A DNA stretch of 61,285 bases from an uncultured Anaerolinea sp. (GCA_964625345.1 CAZVDO010000004.1:14291-75575), one strand, 5' to 3'. Counted from the stretch's first letter, positions 27,190-36,634 are shown. The notes: generated from the sequence alone by a model not told the origin. Made by a program: numbers and translations.

Positions 27190-28016
27190 CGGCGACCGAG
27201 GCGCCGACACACGCGGGATTCGGCGCCGAGCTCGCCCTCGCCCTCGACGTGGCCACGCGCGCCGGCACCGTGCTGATGGACCGCTACGAGCGGCTCGAGC
27301 AGATCGACTACAAGTCCGCCCGCGACGTCGTCACCGAGGCGGATCACCTCGCCGAGGCCCTCATCCTTCAGGGGCTCCGTGCCGCGTATCCCGACGACGC
27401 CATCCTTGCGGAGGAGACCGGTGGCCACGATGCGGCCTCGGGGCAGGCCGCGGCGTCCGGTGTTGGCCGGGCCTGGGTCGTCGACCCGCTCGATGGCACC
27501 GTGAACTATGCGAACGGCATCCCGGTGTTCTGCGTGTCCGTGGCGCTCGTGGTGGACGGCCGTCCGGCCGTCGGGGTCATCCACGACCCGACGCGCAACG
27601 AGACCTACGACGCGGTCCTGGGCGGGCCGGCGCGACTCGGCGGACGCCCGATCACGATCCCGGATAAGGAGCGGCTGAGCGACTTCGTCGTCTCACTGGC
27701 CCTCGGCGGTCGAGCGGCGGTCAGCCGTGCCCGGGCCGTTCGCCGCGCCATCCGCGTCTCCCGCTCGATGGGGTCCGCGGCGCTCGCGCTGGCCTACGTC
27801 GCGAACGGCCGGTTCGACGCGTTCGTCCAGCAGGGTGGACTCTCGACCTGGGACATCGCAGCCGCCGGCCTCATCGCCGAACGGGCGGGGGCCGTGGTCT
27901 CGGACCTCACCGGCGGCGCATGGTTCGACGTCACGGCGCCCTCGCGATCGATCGGGATCCTCGCCGCGCCTCCAGCCCACCACGCGGAGCTCCGCCGCCT
28001 CGCGATCGGCGCCTGA
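27186..28016 (+). CDS. Inositol-monophosphatase-family phosphatase (SuhB/CysQ/HisN-like)
   Basis: Inside ORF 26802-28016. The GTG 27186 start overlaps the upstream stop (GTGA). Motifs ILAEETG and WVVDPLDGTVNY. Confidence 0.9.
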   Translation: MTATEAPTHAGFGAELALALDVATRAGTVLMDRYERLEQIDYKSARDVVTEADHLAEALILQGLRAAYPDDAILAEETGGHDAASGQAAASGVGRAWVVDPLDGTVNYANGIPVFCVSVALVVDGRPAVGVIHDPTRNETYDAVLGGPARLGGRPITIPDKERLSDFVVSLALGGRAAVSRARAVRRAIRVSRSMGSAALALAYVANGRFDAFVQQGGLSTWDIAAAGLIAERAGAVVSDLTGGAWFDVTAPSRSIGILAAPPAHHAELRRLAIGA

Positions 28017-28066
28017 CCCTCGTTCCGGCGGGGCGAGCCTCCGCGGAGGGCCTGCGTGGCGGCGGC

Positions 28067-28963
28067 TCAGGCCCAGCGGTGGGGACGCTCGCGGAGTCGC
28101 TCCAGGCCCCACTGCGCACAGAAGTCCTGCCACGGTCCACGAGGGGCGCCCCGCCAGGCGAGGTCGTCGGGCCGCTGCTGCGGGATCTCCACCCCGTCGC
28201 CGGCGTCGCGGAGGCGCGCGAGCGAGCGGTACAGGAACGCCTCCTCGCGATGCTCCCGCAGTGACGCGGCGAGCGACGCCGCCCGCGCTCCGGTCACGCC
28301 CGGCACGTCCCAGTCCGCGGCCGCCGCGGGCACGTCCTCGAGGCTTCCGTATCGGCTGAGGACCGCAGCCGCACCCTTGGCGCCCCAACCGGGAATGCCC
28401 GGGTAGCCGTCCGCGGCATCGCCCACCACCGCCAGGAAGTCCGGGATCGACCCGGGCGCCACGCCCCACTTCGCACGGACACCGGCGTCGTCGTACACGA
28501 TCTGCCGGCGCCGGTCCCAAAGGACCACCCGCTCGCCCTCCACGAGCTGGGCCATGTCCTTGTCCGGCGTGCACACGAGGATCCGCTCGACCGCCGGGTC
28601 CGCCGCGAAGCGCCGGCACGCCGCCGCGATCGCGTCATCCGCCTCGAACTCGACCATCGGCCAGACGACCAGGCCGAGCGCTTCGATGGCCGCCTCTACG
28701 ATCGGGAATTGCGCCAGGAGCTCAGGCGGCATCCCCGCCGACGTCTTGTAGCCCGGATAGAGGTCGTTGCGGAAGGATTCGATGACCCGGTCCGTGGCGC
28801 AGCCCACGTGGGTGGCGCCCTCCTCGCGGAGCAGGAAGAGCAGCTGTTCGACCACGCCGGAGACCCCGGAGAGGAGCATGCCGTCGCGCCCGAGGACCGG
28901 CGGACGGGGCGCGTAGTGGGCGCGGAACAGCTCGTAGGTCGCGTCGACCAGGTGGACCTGCAT
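28067..28963 (-). CDS. 5'-3' exonuclease (FEN / Pol I N-terminal-domain-like)
   Basis: 298-aa ORF: MQVHLVDATYELFRAHYA...FRNDLYPGYKTSAGMPPEL...EFEADDAIAAA...IPGIPGWGAKGAAAVL. Confidence 0.9.
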   Translation of the reverse strand: MQVHLVDATYELFRAHYAPRPPVLGRDGMLLSGVSGVVEQLLFLLREEGATHVGCATDRVIESFRNDLYPGYKTSAGMPPELLAQFPIVEAAIEALGLVVWPMVEFEADDAIAAACRRFAADPAVERILVCTPDKDMAQLVEGERVVLWDRRRQIVYDDAGVRAKWGVAPGSIPDFLAVVGDAADGYPGIPGWGAKGAAAVLSRYGSLEDVPAAAADWDVPGVTGARAASLAASLREHREEAFLYRSLARLRDAGDGVEIPQQRPDDLAWRGAPRGPWQDFCAQWGLERLRERPHRWA

Positions 28964-28978
28964 CCGCCGCGGGCCGCG

Positions 28979-29581
28979 TCAGGCCGAGTCGCTGCTGCGG
29001 ACGGCCCGCACGCCGGCGGCGGCCAGCTGGGCGAGGGCGGCCTCGCCGTCACCGGGCGCGAGGTTCACCGCCGCGATCGCGTCGGTCGCGAGGTCGGCCG
29101 CATAGCCCAGGCGGACCGCATCGAGCGCCGTGGCCTTCACGCAGTAGTCGGTGGCGAGGCCGCACACCACGACCCGCTGGACGCCTCGGTCGCGGAGGAG
29201 GCCGTCGAGCTCCGTCGGCTGCTCGGCCCCGGATTCCGGATCTCGCATCGTGAAGCCGGAGTAGCCGTCTTCGCCGTTCGCGCCCTTGTGGACGCTCGGG
29301 CCGAGCACCGCAAGCGATGGGTGGAACGCCGCGCCCCACGAATCGGCGATGCAGTGGTCAGGCCAGATGCCGCCGTCCTTCGCGAAGTGCGGCGTGTGCG
29401 CCGGGTGCCAGTCCTGCGTGTAGACGACGAACCCGCCGGCCGCGAGCGCAGCCTCCGCCAGGCGGTTCACGACCGGCACGACCTCGGCGCCGCCCGCCAC
29501 GCTCAGCGAGCCCCCGGGATCGGCAAAGTCGTTCTGGACATCGACGACCACCAGGGCCGTCTGCGGATCGAACGCGATCAT
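28979..29581 (-). CDS. pncA: Nicotinamidase/pyrazinamidase (isochorismatase family)
   Basis: 200-aa ORF: LVVVDVQNDFADPGGSL...TQDWHP...GLATDYCV. Confidence 0.87.
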   Translation of the reverse strand: MIAFDPQTALVVVDVQNDFADPGGSLSVAGGAEVVPVVNRLAEAALAAGGFVVYTQDWHPAHTPHFAKDGGIWPDHCIADSWGAAFHPSLAVLGPSVHKGANGEDGYSGFTMRDPESGAEQPTELDGLLRDRGVQRVVVCGLATDYCVKATALDAVRLGYAADLATDAIAAVNLAPGDGEAALAQLAAAGVRAVRSSDSA

Positions 29582-29684
29582 GGCCCGACGCTAGCACACA
29601 GGGCGACGATCAGACGCCCATCGCCACCGACCCGCAATCCCGCCGCATCCCGAACGAACCGGCGCGGGTCCGGCCTTCATGGGC

Positions 29685-29690
29685 TACCCT
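29685..29690 (+). promoter_or_regulatory. Candidate -10 element TACCCT 8 nt upstream of the aceE ATG (leaderless pattern)
   Basis: TACCCT-tcgggccg-ATG. Confidence 0.3.
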
Positions 29691-29698
29691 TCGGGCCG

Positions 29699-32380
29699 AT
29701 GTACCTCGACGAGTTCAAGCACCAGCTCCCCGACATCGACGAAGGCGAGACGACCGACTGGATCCGGTCCCTCGACGACGTCGTGGACCAGGAAGGCGAG
29801 AATCGCGCCCGATTCCTGCTCTTCAAGCTGCTCAAGCGGGCGCGCCAGCGACAGGTCGGCCTGCCGCCGCTCACGAACACCCGCTACATCAACACGATCA
29901 GCCCCGAGCAGGAGCCGTTCTTCCCCGGCGACGAGGACATCGAACGGCGCATCCGCCGGCTGATCCGCTGGAACGCGGTGGCGATGGTCCTCCGCGCGAA
30001 CTCGCGGTACGCGGGCATCGGGGGCCACCTCGCCACGTACGCCTCGGCCGCCACGCTCTACGAGGTGGGCTTCAACCACTTCTTCCGGGGCAAGGACGCC
30101 GACGGGCTCGGCGACCAGATCTTCTACCAGGGGCACGCGGCGCCGGGCATCTACGCCCGCGCCTTCCTCGAGGGCCGGCTCACCGAGGACCAGCTCGACC
30201 ACTTCCGGCGCGAGACACCGCCCCAGGTCGGCCTGTCGTCCTACCCGCACCCGCGCCTGATGCCCGACTTCTGGGAGTTCCCGACGGTCTCGATGGGCCT
30301 CGGCCCGATCTCCGCGATCTACCAGGCCCGATACAACCGGTACCTCCAGAACCGGGGCCAGCTCGACACGTCCGGCTCACGGGTGTGGGCCTTCCTGGGC
30401 GACGGCGAAACCGATGAGCCCGAATCGCTGGGTGCGCTCCACGTGGCGGCGCGCGAGGGCCTCGACAACCTGACCTTCGTCGTCAACTGCAACCTCCAGC
30501 GCCTCGACGGCCCGGTCCGCGGCAACGGCAAGATCATCCAGGAGCTCGAGGCGGTCTTCCGCGGCTCGGGCTGGAACGTCATCAAGGTGATCTGGGGCCG
30601 GGAGTGGGACGAACTGCTCGCCCGCGACGTCGACCAGGCGCTGGTCGAGAAGATGAACACGACGGTCGACGGCGAGTTCCAGAAGTTCTCGGTCGCCGGG
30701 GGCGCGTACATCCGGGAGCACTTCTTCGGTCCCGACCCGCGCCTGCGCCGGCTCGTCGAGCACCTGTCCGACGACGACCTGGCCAAGCTCCGTCGCGGCG
30801 GCCACGACTACCGGAAGGTGTACGCGGCGTACAAATCCGCCACAGAGTTCGTCGGCGCTCCGACGGCCATCCTCGTCAAGACCGTCAAGGGCTGGACGCT
30901 CGGGCCGGGGGTCGAGGCTCGGAACATCACGCATCAGGCCAAGAAGCTGTCCGAGCAGGAGCTGCGCGTCTTCCGCGACCGGCTCGAGCTGCCGATCCCC
31001 GACGACCAGCTCAAGGACGCCCCGTACTACCACCCCGGCCCGAAGGCCGAGGAGATCGAGTACCTCATGGAGCGCCGCCGTCTCCTCGGCGGGCCGCTTC
31101 CGAAGCGCGTGGTGCGCAACGCCGCGTTGCCCGCGCCGAAGCCGTCCTTCGACGCCGAGTTCGCCGCAGGCAGCTCGACGCCCGTGTCCACCACCATGGC
31201 CTTCACCCGCATGCTCCGGAACCTCGTCCGCGATCCGGACCTGGGCCCGCGGATCGTGCCGATCATCCCGGACGAGGCACGCACCTTCGGCATGGACCCG
31301 CTCTTCAACGAGGTCGGCATCTACGCCTCGGGCGGCCAGCGTTACGAGCCGGTCGATTCCGAGCTGGTCATGAAGTACCGCGAGGCGGTCGATGGGCAGG
31401 TCCTCGAGGAGGGCATCACCGAGGCCGGCTCGATGGCCAGCTTCCAGGCGGCCGCGACCTCGTACGCGACGCTCGGCCACGCCGTGATCCCGTTCTACAT
31501 CTTCTACTCGATGTTCGGGTTCCAGCGGACCGGCGACCAGATGTGGGCGGCCGCCGACGCGCGCGGCCGTGGGTTCCTCATGGGCGCGACGGCCGGGCGT
31601 ACCACGCTGGCCGGCGAGGGCCTGCAGCACGACGACGGGCACACGCACGTCCTCGCCTCGACGGTCCCGAACGTCCGCCAGTACGACCCCGCGTTCGCCT
31701 ACGAGCTCGCCGCCATCGTGCGGGACGGCATCGAGCGGATGTACGTCCAGGGCGAGGATGTCTACTACTACGTCACGCTCTACAACGAGAACTACGCGCA
31801 GGCGGCCATGCCGGACGGCGTGCGCGAGGGCCTCCTCCGCGGGATCTACCCGTTCCTCGAGGCGCCCAAGCTCAAGCGCGGCGCACGGCGCGTCCGGCTC
31901 GTGGGATCGGGTTCCATCCTCCAGCAGGTGATCGCCGCCCGGGACCTGCTCGCGGAGCGCTTCGGCGTCGCGGCCACGGTGTACTCGGCGCCGTCCTTCC
32001 CGTTGCTCCGGCGCGAGGCACTCGACGTCGATCGCTGGAACCGGCTGCACCCCGCAGAGACGCCGCGGACCCCGTACGTCGCCCAGGTGCTGGGCTCGGA
32101 GGGCGGCCCGATCGTCGCCGCGACGGACTGGCTGGCCGCCATTCCCCAGGGCGTCGCTCCGTGGATCCCGGCGACCTATTCCGTGCTCGGCACCGATGGG
32201 TTCGGCCGGAGCGACACGCGGGAATCACTCCGTGCCTACTTCGAGATCGACGCGGCCCACGTGGCCGCGGCCGCGATGTCCGCGCTGGCGCGCGACGGGG
32301 CGATCGACGGCGCGGACGCAGCCGCGGCGATCCAGGCGCTGGGGATCGATCCGGACAAGGCGGACCCGCGAGCGAGCTGA
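29699..32380 (+). CDS. aceE: Pyruvate dehydrogenase E1 component, homodimeric type
   Basis: ORF 28709-32380 trimmed to ATG 29699, giving 893 aa: MYLDEFKHQLPDIDEGETTDWIRSLDDVV...YINTISPEQEPFFPGDE...GGHLATYASAATLYEVGFNHFF. The upstream codons are antisense to pncA and the exonuclease. Confidence 0.95.
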   Translation: MYLDEFKHQLPDIDEGETTDWIRSLDDVVDQEGENRARFLLFKLLKRARQRQVGLPPLTNTRYINTISPEQEPFFPGDEDIERRIRRLIRWNAVAMVLRANSRYAGIGGHLATYASAATLYEVGFNHFFRGKDADGLGDQIFYQGHAAPGIYARAFLEGRLTEDQLDHFRRETPPQVGLSSYPHPRLMPDFWEFPTVSMGLGPISAIYQARYNRYLQNRGQLDTSGSRVWAFLGDGETDEPESLGALHVAAREGLDNLTFVVNCNLQRLDGPVRGNGKIIQELEAVFRGSGWNVIKVIWGREWDELLARDVDQALVEKMNTTVDGEFQKFSVAGGAYIREHFFGPDPRLRRLVEHLSDDDLAKLRRGGHDYRKVYAAYKSATEFVGAPTAILVKTVKGWTLGPGVEARNITHQAKKLSEQELRVFRDRLELPIPDDQLKDAPYYHPGPKAEEIEYLMERRRLLGGPLPKRVVRNAALPAPKPSFDAEFAAGSSTPVSTTMAFTRMLRNLVRDPDLGPRIVPIIPDEARTFGMDPLFNEVGIYASGGQRYEPVDSELVMKYREAVDGQVLEEGITEAGSMASFQAAATSYATLGHAVIPFYIFYSMFGFQRTGDQMWAAADARGRGFLMGATAGRTTLAGEGLQHDDGHTHVLASTVPNVRQYDPAFAYELAAIVRDGIERMYVQGEDVYYYVTLYNENYAQAAMPDGVREGLLRGIYPFLEAPKLKRGARRVRLVGSGSILQQVIAARDLLAERFGVAATVYSAPSFPLLRREALDVDRWNRLHPAETPRTPYVAQVLGSEGGPIVAATDWLAAIPQGVAPWIPATYSVLGTDGFGRSDTRESLRAYFEIDAAHVAAAAMSALARDGAIDGADAAAAIQALGIDPDKADPRAS

Positions 32381-32427
32381 GCCGGCCGGAACCCGTAAGC
32401 GGCCCTGCGATCCAACGACAAGGGCGC

Positions 32428-32456
32428 TTGCACAATCCCGAGCCTGCCACTAGGAT
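32428..32456 (+). promoter_or_regulatory. Sigma-70-type promoter candidate for the iron permease gene
   Basis: TTGCAC (32428-32433), 17-nt spacer, TAGGAT (32451-32456), about 60 nt upstream of GTG 32518. Confidence 0.45.
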
Positions 32457-32517
32457 TTGAGGCCCGAGCGCGCCCCTGCCTGGATCCGCGACGACTCGGC
32501 GAGCGTGGAGTTGCCGC

Positions 32518-33393
32518 GTGGATCTCGGTTCCCTGACCAGCGGAGCGCTCATCGGCCTGCGCGAAGGCGTCGAGGCAGCGCTCATCGTGGCGATCGTGGC
32601 CTCGTACCTCGTGCGCTCGGGGAATCGCGAACAACTCGGCAAGGTCTGGCTGGGCACGGCCGCCGCGTTCGCGGCGAGCGCCGTCGTCGGCGTGGGCCTG
32701 TTCCTGACGGTCGGCGCGTTCGAGGAGCCGTACGAGCAGCTCTTCGAGGGCAGCCTCCTGCTCGTCGCCGCCGCCGTGGTCACGTGGATGCTGTTCTGGA
32801 TGCGCCGACAGGCGGCGGGCATGCGGGGCGAATTGCAGGCGGCGGTGGATCGAGCCATCGGGGGTGGCGCGGCATGGGGCCTCGCGCTCCTCGCCTTCAG
32901 CGCGGTGATCCGCGAGGGGGTCGAGACCGCGCTGTTCCTGGCTGGCCAGGCCACGTCGGCGTCCTCGGGCGCCGTGAGCGTCGCGGTGGGCGCCGTCATC
33001 GGGATCGGGCTGGCCGTGCTCATCGGGTGGGGCTTCTACCGCGGGAGCCGCCGGGTCGACCTCCGGAAGTTCTTCCGCTGGACGGGAATCGCCCTCGTGT
33101 TCATCGCCGCGGGACTCGTCTCCCATGCCGTCCATGAGCTGATCGAGGTGGCCGAGATCGCCGGGATCGGACTCATCGGGACCCAACCGGCCTACGACCT
33201 CTCCGCCGTCCTCGCCGACGACACGGGCATCGGGCAGTTCCTCCGGGCGATCTTCGGCTACAGCGCGACCCCCGAGGTCCTGACGCTCACGGCGCACGTG
33301 GCGTACGTGGTGGGAATCCTGTGGCTGTTCCTCCGGCCGGTCCGACCGTCCATGCCTCCCGCCGCGCCGAGCCGGACCACCGCGAGCGCCTGA
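32518..33393 (+). CDS. FTR1/EfeU-family high-affinity iron permease
   Basis: 291-aa multi-TM ORF with two REGVE motifs (LREGVEAALIV and IREGVETALFL). Confidence 0.9.
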   Translation: MDLGSLTSGALIGLREGVEAALIVAIVASYLVRSGNREQLGKVWLGTAAAFAASAVVGVGLFLTVGAFEEPYEQLFEGSLLLVAAAVVTWMLFWMRRQAAGMRGELQAAVDRAIGGGAAWGLALLAFSAVIREGVETALFLAGQATSASSGAVSVAVGAVIGIGLAVLIGWGFYRGSRRVDLRKFFRWTGIALVFIAAGLVSHAVHELIEVAEIAGIGLIGTQPAYDLSAVLADDTGIGQFLRAIFGYSATPEVLTLTAHVAYVVGILWLFLRPVRPSMPPAAPSRTTASA

Positions 33394-33417
33394 GCGTGGC
33401 CGGCCATGAGCCGGCGG

Positions 33418-34701
33418 TCAGCGGGGCCCGGCGACGAGTCTGCTAATCGAACCGTCGAGGTTCGCGACGAGGATCTCCCCGTCGGCATCCAGCCCGAAGG
33501 CGACGATCCCACTGCCCGCGGTCCCGACGCGCACCGGCTCCTGGGGACCCGTTCGGTCGGCCCGGATCGCCCACAGGCGTCCGGAGCAGTAGTCGGCGAA
33601 GAGGTAGAGCCCCGCGAGCAGCGGCTGGGCGTCGCCGCGATAGACCGTCCCGCCGATCACGGTGCACCCGACGTCGTGTCCGTACTGGGCGACCGGAGCC
33701 GTCATGCCGGTGTCGTCACATCCCGTCGCCGGCTCATGGCAATGCGTGCCCTCGAGGACGTCCCACCCGAAGTTGAGGCCCGCCTGCCCGGTTCGGGCCA
33801 CGTCGACCTCCTCCCACGCGCCCTGGCCGACGTCGCCAATCCACAGGTCACCGGTCGACGGGTCGAAGGCGAACCGCCACGGGTTGCGGAGCCCCAGGTG
33901 CCAGATCTCCGGACGGGCTCCGGCGACCGAGGTGAAGGGGTTGTCGCGAGGGATGCCGTAGGCCGCGTCGCCCGTGGCGTCGACGTCGATCCGCAGGATC
34001 TTGCCGAGCAGCGTGTCGAGGCGCTGCCCGCTCCCGAGCGGGTCGTTGGCGCCGCCCCCGTCGCCGAGCGAAACGTACAGCATGCCGTCCGGGCCGAACG
34101 CCAGCGCACCCCCGTTGTGGTTGCCGAAGGGCTGGTCGACGGTGAGGATCCAGGTCTCGGACGCGAGGTCGAACCGTCCGCTGCCATCGCCGGCGAGTAC
34201 GTAGGACGCGACGACCGTGTCGCCGTTCGTATCGGTGTAGTCGGCGAACAGCCGGGGGTCGCCCGGGAATGCCGGGTGGAGCGCGATGCCGAGCAGCCCT
34301 TGCTCGCCACCTGCCGACACGCGGCCCCCAAGGTCAAGCACCGGCTGCGCCGCGATCCGGCCGTCCGCGAGGACCCAGACGCGGCCGTCCTTGCCCGCGA
34401 CGAACACGCGTCCCGTGGCGTCCGCGGTGGCGGCGAAGGCGAGCGGCGCGCCGTCGATCGCCGAGACGTCGGCCAACGTGACCGACACGGCAGCCGGATC
34501 GGCCGGGGTCGGGGCAGGCGTCGCCGTCGGGGAGGGCGGGGCGTCCGTCCGGCGCGGCGTGGCGCTCGTTGCGGCGGGCGTTGGAGCGCTGACATACGGG
34601 GTCGGGGCAGCCGTGGGCGGCAGGGTCGGGACACACGCAGCCACGAGCACGAGGGCCAGCGCGAGTCCATTCCCGCTGCTGCGACGTGTCCCGTGCCTCA
34701 C
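33418..34701 (-). CDS. PQQ-dependent sugar (glucose/sorbosone) dehydrogenase, lipoprotein
   Basis: 427-aa ORF. Lipobox LALALVLVAAC. Motifs GLLGIALHPAF, NHNGGALAFGPDGMLYVSLGDGGGANDP, RNPWRFAFDPSTGDLWIGDVGQ. Confidence 0.9.
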   Translation of the reverse strand: MRHGTRRSSGNGLALALVLVAACVPTLPPTAAPTPYVSAPTPAATSATPRRTDAPPSPTATPAPTPADPAAVSVTLADVSAIDGAPLAFAATADATGRVFVAGKDGRVWVLADGRIAAQPVLDLGGRVSAGGEQGLLGIALHPAFPGDPRLFADYTDTNGDTVVASYVLAGDGSGRFDLASETWILTVDQPFGNHNGGALAFGPDGMLYVSLGDGGGANDPLGSGQRLDTLLGKILRIDVDATGDAAYGIPRDNPFTSVAGARPEIWHLGLRNPWRFAFDPSTGDLWIGDVGQGAWEEVDVARTGQAGLNFGWDVLEGTHCHEPATGCDDTGMTAPVAQYGHDVGCTVIGGTVYRGDAQPLLAGLYLFADYCSGRLWAIRADRTGPQEPVRVGTAGSGIVAFGLDADGEILVANLDGSISRLVAGPR

Positions 34702-34707
34702 GGGCGG

Positions 34708-34717
34708 ACTTTACGAT
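34708..34717. promoter_or_regulatory. Overlapping face-to-face -10 candidates in a 48-nt divergent spacer
   Basis: Reverse strand reads TAAAGT (34713-34708), 6 nt before GTG 34701. Forward strand has TACGAT (34712-34717), about 32 nt before ATG 34750, which is preceded by agggag. Confidence 0.4.
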
Positions 34718-34749
34718 GCACGAACGAACCGAGCCCGCAGGGAGTCACC

Positions 34750-35082
34750 ATGGACGCGTTCGAACTGGATGCGCTGCGCGCCACCCGCCGTGCGGGCGGG
34801 CGCGCCTACCTCGAGTTCCTCCGCAGCCCGGACCTTTCGGTCGGGTTGTATGAGCTGCCGGCCGGCGGAATCGACCCCCAGGGTCCGCACACCGAGGACG
34901 AGGTCTATTGCGTGATGGCCGGGAGGGCACGGATCTCGGTCGGGGGCGAGGACCGCCCGGTGGGGCCGGGCTCAGTGGTCTTCGTTGCCGCCGGCGTGGA
35001 GCACCGGTTCCACGACATCGCCGAGGACCTCGTGGTCATCGTGGCGTTCGGTCCCGCGGAGGGCGTGCGCAGCGCCGGATAG
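34750..35082 (+). CDS. Cupin-domain protein
   Basis: Last 110 codons of ORF 33406-35082: MDAFELDAL...GPHTEDEVYCVMAGRARISVGGE...VVFVAAGVEHRFHDI. Confidence 0.75.
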   Translation: MDAFELDALRATRRAGGRAYLEFLRSPDLSVGLYELPAGGIDPQGPHTEDEVYCVMAGRARISVGGEDRPVGPGSVVFVAAGVEHRFHDIAEDLVVIVAFGPAEGVRSAG

Positions 35083-35106
35083 GCATGCCGGCGGACCGGC
35101 CGCGCG

Positions 35107-35883
35107 TCAGGCGGGTGCGATCGGCCCCGGCGCCTGGCCGGCGAGCTCGAGGAGCCGGGACGCCATCGCCGGGGCAAGTCCGGCCTCGTCGTGGCGGAAG
35201 AAGGCGAAGACGGGCGTCCCGGCGTTGAGGAACGGCTCGATGCGCTGCGCCCAGCGCGCGAGCTCGTCGTCGCTGTAGGCGTGGCGGCGCAGGCGCAGGT
35301 ACAGCGCAGGGCCGGTCACGCGCACGGTGGGGGGTTCGGGGTCGTCGGGACCTTCCGTGGCGCACAGGATCGCGCCGTGGGCGGCGAGCGCGGCAAACGT
35401 CTCGTCGACGTGCCACGAGGGATCCGCGAACTCCATCACGAGGGATACCGTCGGCGGCCATGCCGCGAGCAGCGCGTGGAGCGCCGCATCCGAGGAGCCG
35501 TCGGCCCGGCGATGGATGTTCCCGGGCACGGCGAACAGGACCGCCCCGAGCGCGGGCCCGAATGTCCCGAGCCGCTCGGTGAGCCACGGCACGCTCTCCG
35601 AGGCGGCACCCAGCATCGAGCGCATCGCGGCCCCTCGCTGGGCCTTGATCACGAAGCGGAACCCCGCCGGGACCGATTCGGTCCAGCCGCGGATGCGGGA
35701 TTCGGTGGGACGCGCGTAGAAGGTGTTGTTCAGCTCGACCGCCGGAAGGTGCGCCGCGTAGTACCGAAGGCGATCGGCGGCCGGGAGCCCGGGCGGGTAG
35801 AAGCTCGGCGTCCAGCCGTCATACGCGAAGCCGGACGCTCCCGCCAGCAGCAACGATGCGGTCGGAGCCGGCCCCTCGCTCAT
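35107..35883 (-). CDS. DUF72-domain protein
   Basis: ORF 35107-36738 trimmed to ATG 35883: GASGFAYDGWTPSFYPPGL...YAAHLPAVELNNTFYARP...FRFVIKA. Confidence 0.87.
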   Translation of the reverse strand: MSEGPAPTASLLLAGASGFAYDGWTPSFYPPGLPAADRLRYYAAHLPAVELNNTFYARPTESRIRGWTESVPAGFRFVIKAQRGAAMRSMLGAASESVPWLTERLGTFGPALGAVLFAVPGNIHRRADGSSDAALHALLAAWPPTVSLVMEFADPSWHVDETFAALAAHGAILCATEGPDDPEPPTVRVTGPALYLRLRRHAYSDDELARWAQRIEPFLNAGTPVFAFFRHDEAGLAPAMASRLLELAGQAPGPIAPA

Positions 35884-35933
35884 GCGTCGATCCGGCGCGG
35901 GATCGCGGGCGTTCGGGACGCCGGCTCGATCGA

Positions 35934-36566
35934 TCAGTCCCGGCCGTCGGGCGCGGCGGCGCCTGTGAGCCGGGGGGAGGCTGCGGCATCGACCCCGGCC
36001 GGCGACGGGTCGGCGGCGATGTCCGGCCGCGTTCCGGCGGCCTCGACCTCGGCGGCCCCGTGGCCGCAGGTTGCGCCGTGGCAGAGCCGATCCGTGACGG
36101 ACGTCAGGGCACGCTCGAGGGCCGGGAGATCGGCCGGATCGACGGCGTCGAAGAAGTAGGCCCGAATGCCGGCCAGGTGCGTGGGTGCCGCCGCCCGAAG
36201 CCGGGCCAGGCCCAGGCCGGTGAGGGTCGCCTCGGCGCCGCGGCCGTCGCCGCTGCATGACGTCCGCTCGACGAGCCCGTCGTCGACGAGGCGGTCGACG
36301 AGGCGGGTGACGCCGCTCTTGGAGAGCAGCAGCGAATCGGCGAGGCGCCCCATGCGCAGTCGGCGATCGGGCGATTCGGCCAGGTGGAGGAGTGTCTCGT
36401 ACTCCTGGAGCGACAGGGCGTGACCTGTTCGGAGGTCGTCGTCGAGGCGCCGCGCGACGCGCGCATGGGCATGCAGGAAGGCGCGCCATGGTCCGAGGTC
36501 CTGTCGCCGGAGGCTCCTGGACGATGGCGCGGCCCCGGTAGCGGGCGATGCGTGCGATTCCTGCAT
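35934..36566 (-). CDS. MarR-family transcriptional regulator with about 60-aa C-terminal extension
   Basis: Last 210 codons of ORF 35934-39530: LSLQEYETLLHLAESPDRRLRMGRLADSLLLSKSGVTRLVDRLVDDGLVER. Confidence 0.85.
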   Translation of the reverse strand: MQESHASPATGAAPSSRSLRRQDLGPWRAFLHAHARVARRLDDDLRTGHALSLQEYETLLHLAESPDRRLRMGRLADSLLLSKSGVTRLVDRLVDDGLVERTSCSGDGRGAEATLTGLGLARLRAAAPTHLAGIRAYFFDAVDPADLPALERALTSVTDRLCHGATCGHGAAEVEAAGTRPDIAADPSPAGVDAAASPRLTGAAAPDGRD

Positions 36567-36572
36567 GGCGCC

Positions 36573-36600
36573 ATCGTACCCCGTCTGGTTGCGTTGCCAA
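36573..36600 (-). promoter_or_regulatory. Promoter candidate for a leaderless MarR transcript
   Basis: Reverse strand reads TTGGCA (36600-36595), 16-nt spacer, TACGAT (36578-36573), 6 nt, then ATG 36566. Confidence 0.5.
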
Positions 36601-36634
36601 CGATCGGCAGCCGCGCCGCGCGGGTCGGTGCAGG

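Noticed and set aside
32381-32517. IdeR/Fur-type iron box upstream of the FTR1 permease
   Set aside because: Only a partial TAGG overlaps the -10 candidate. Nothing resembles the 19-bp IdeR palindrome TTAGGTTAGGCTAACCTAA.
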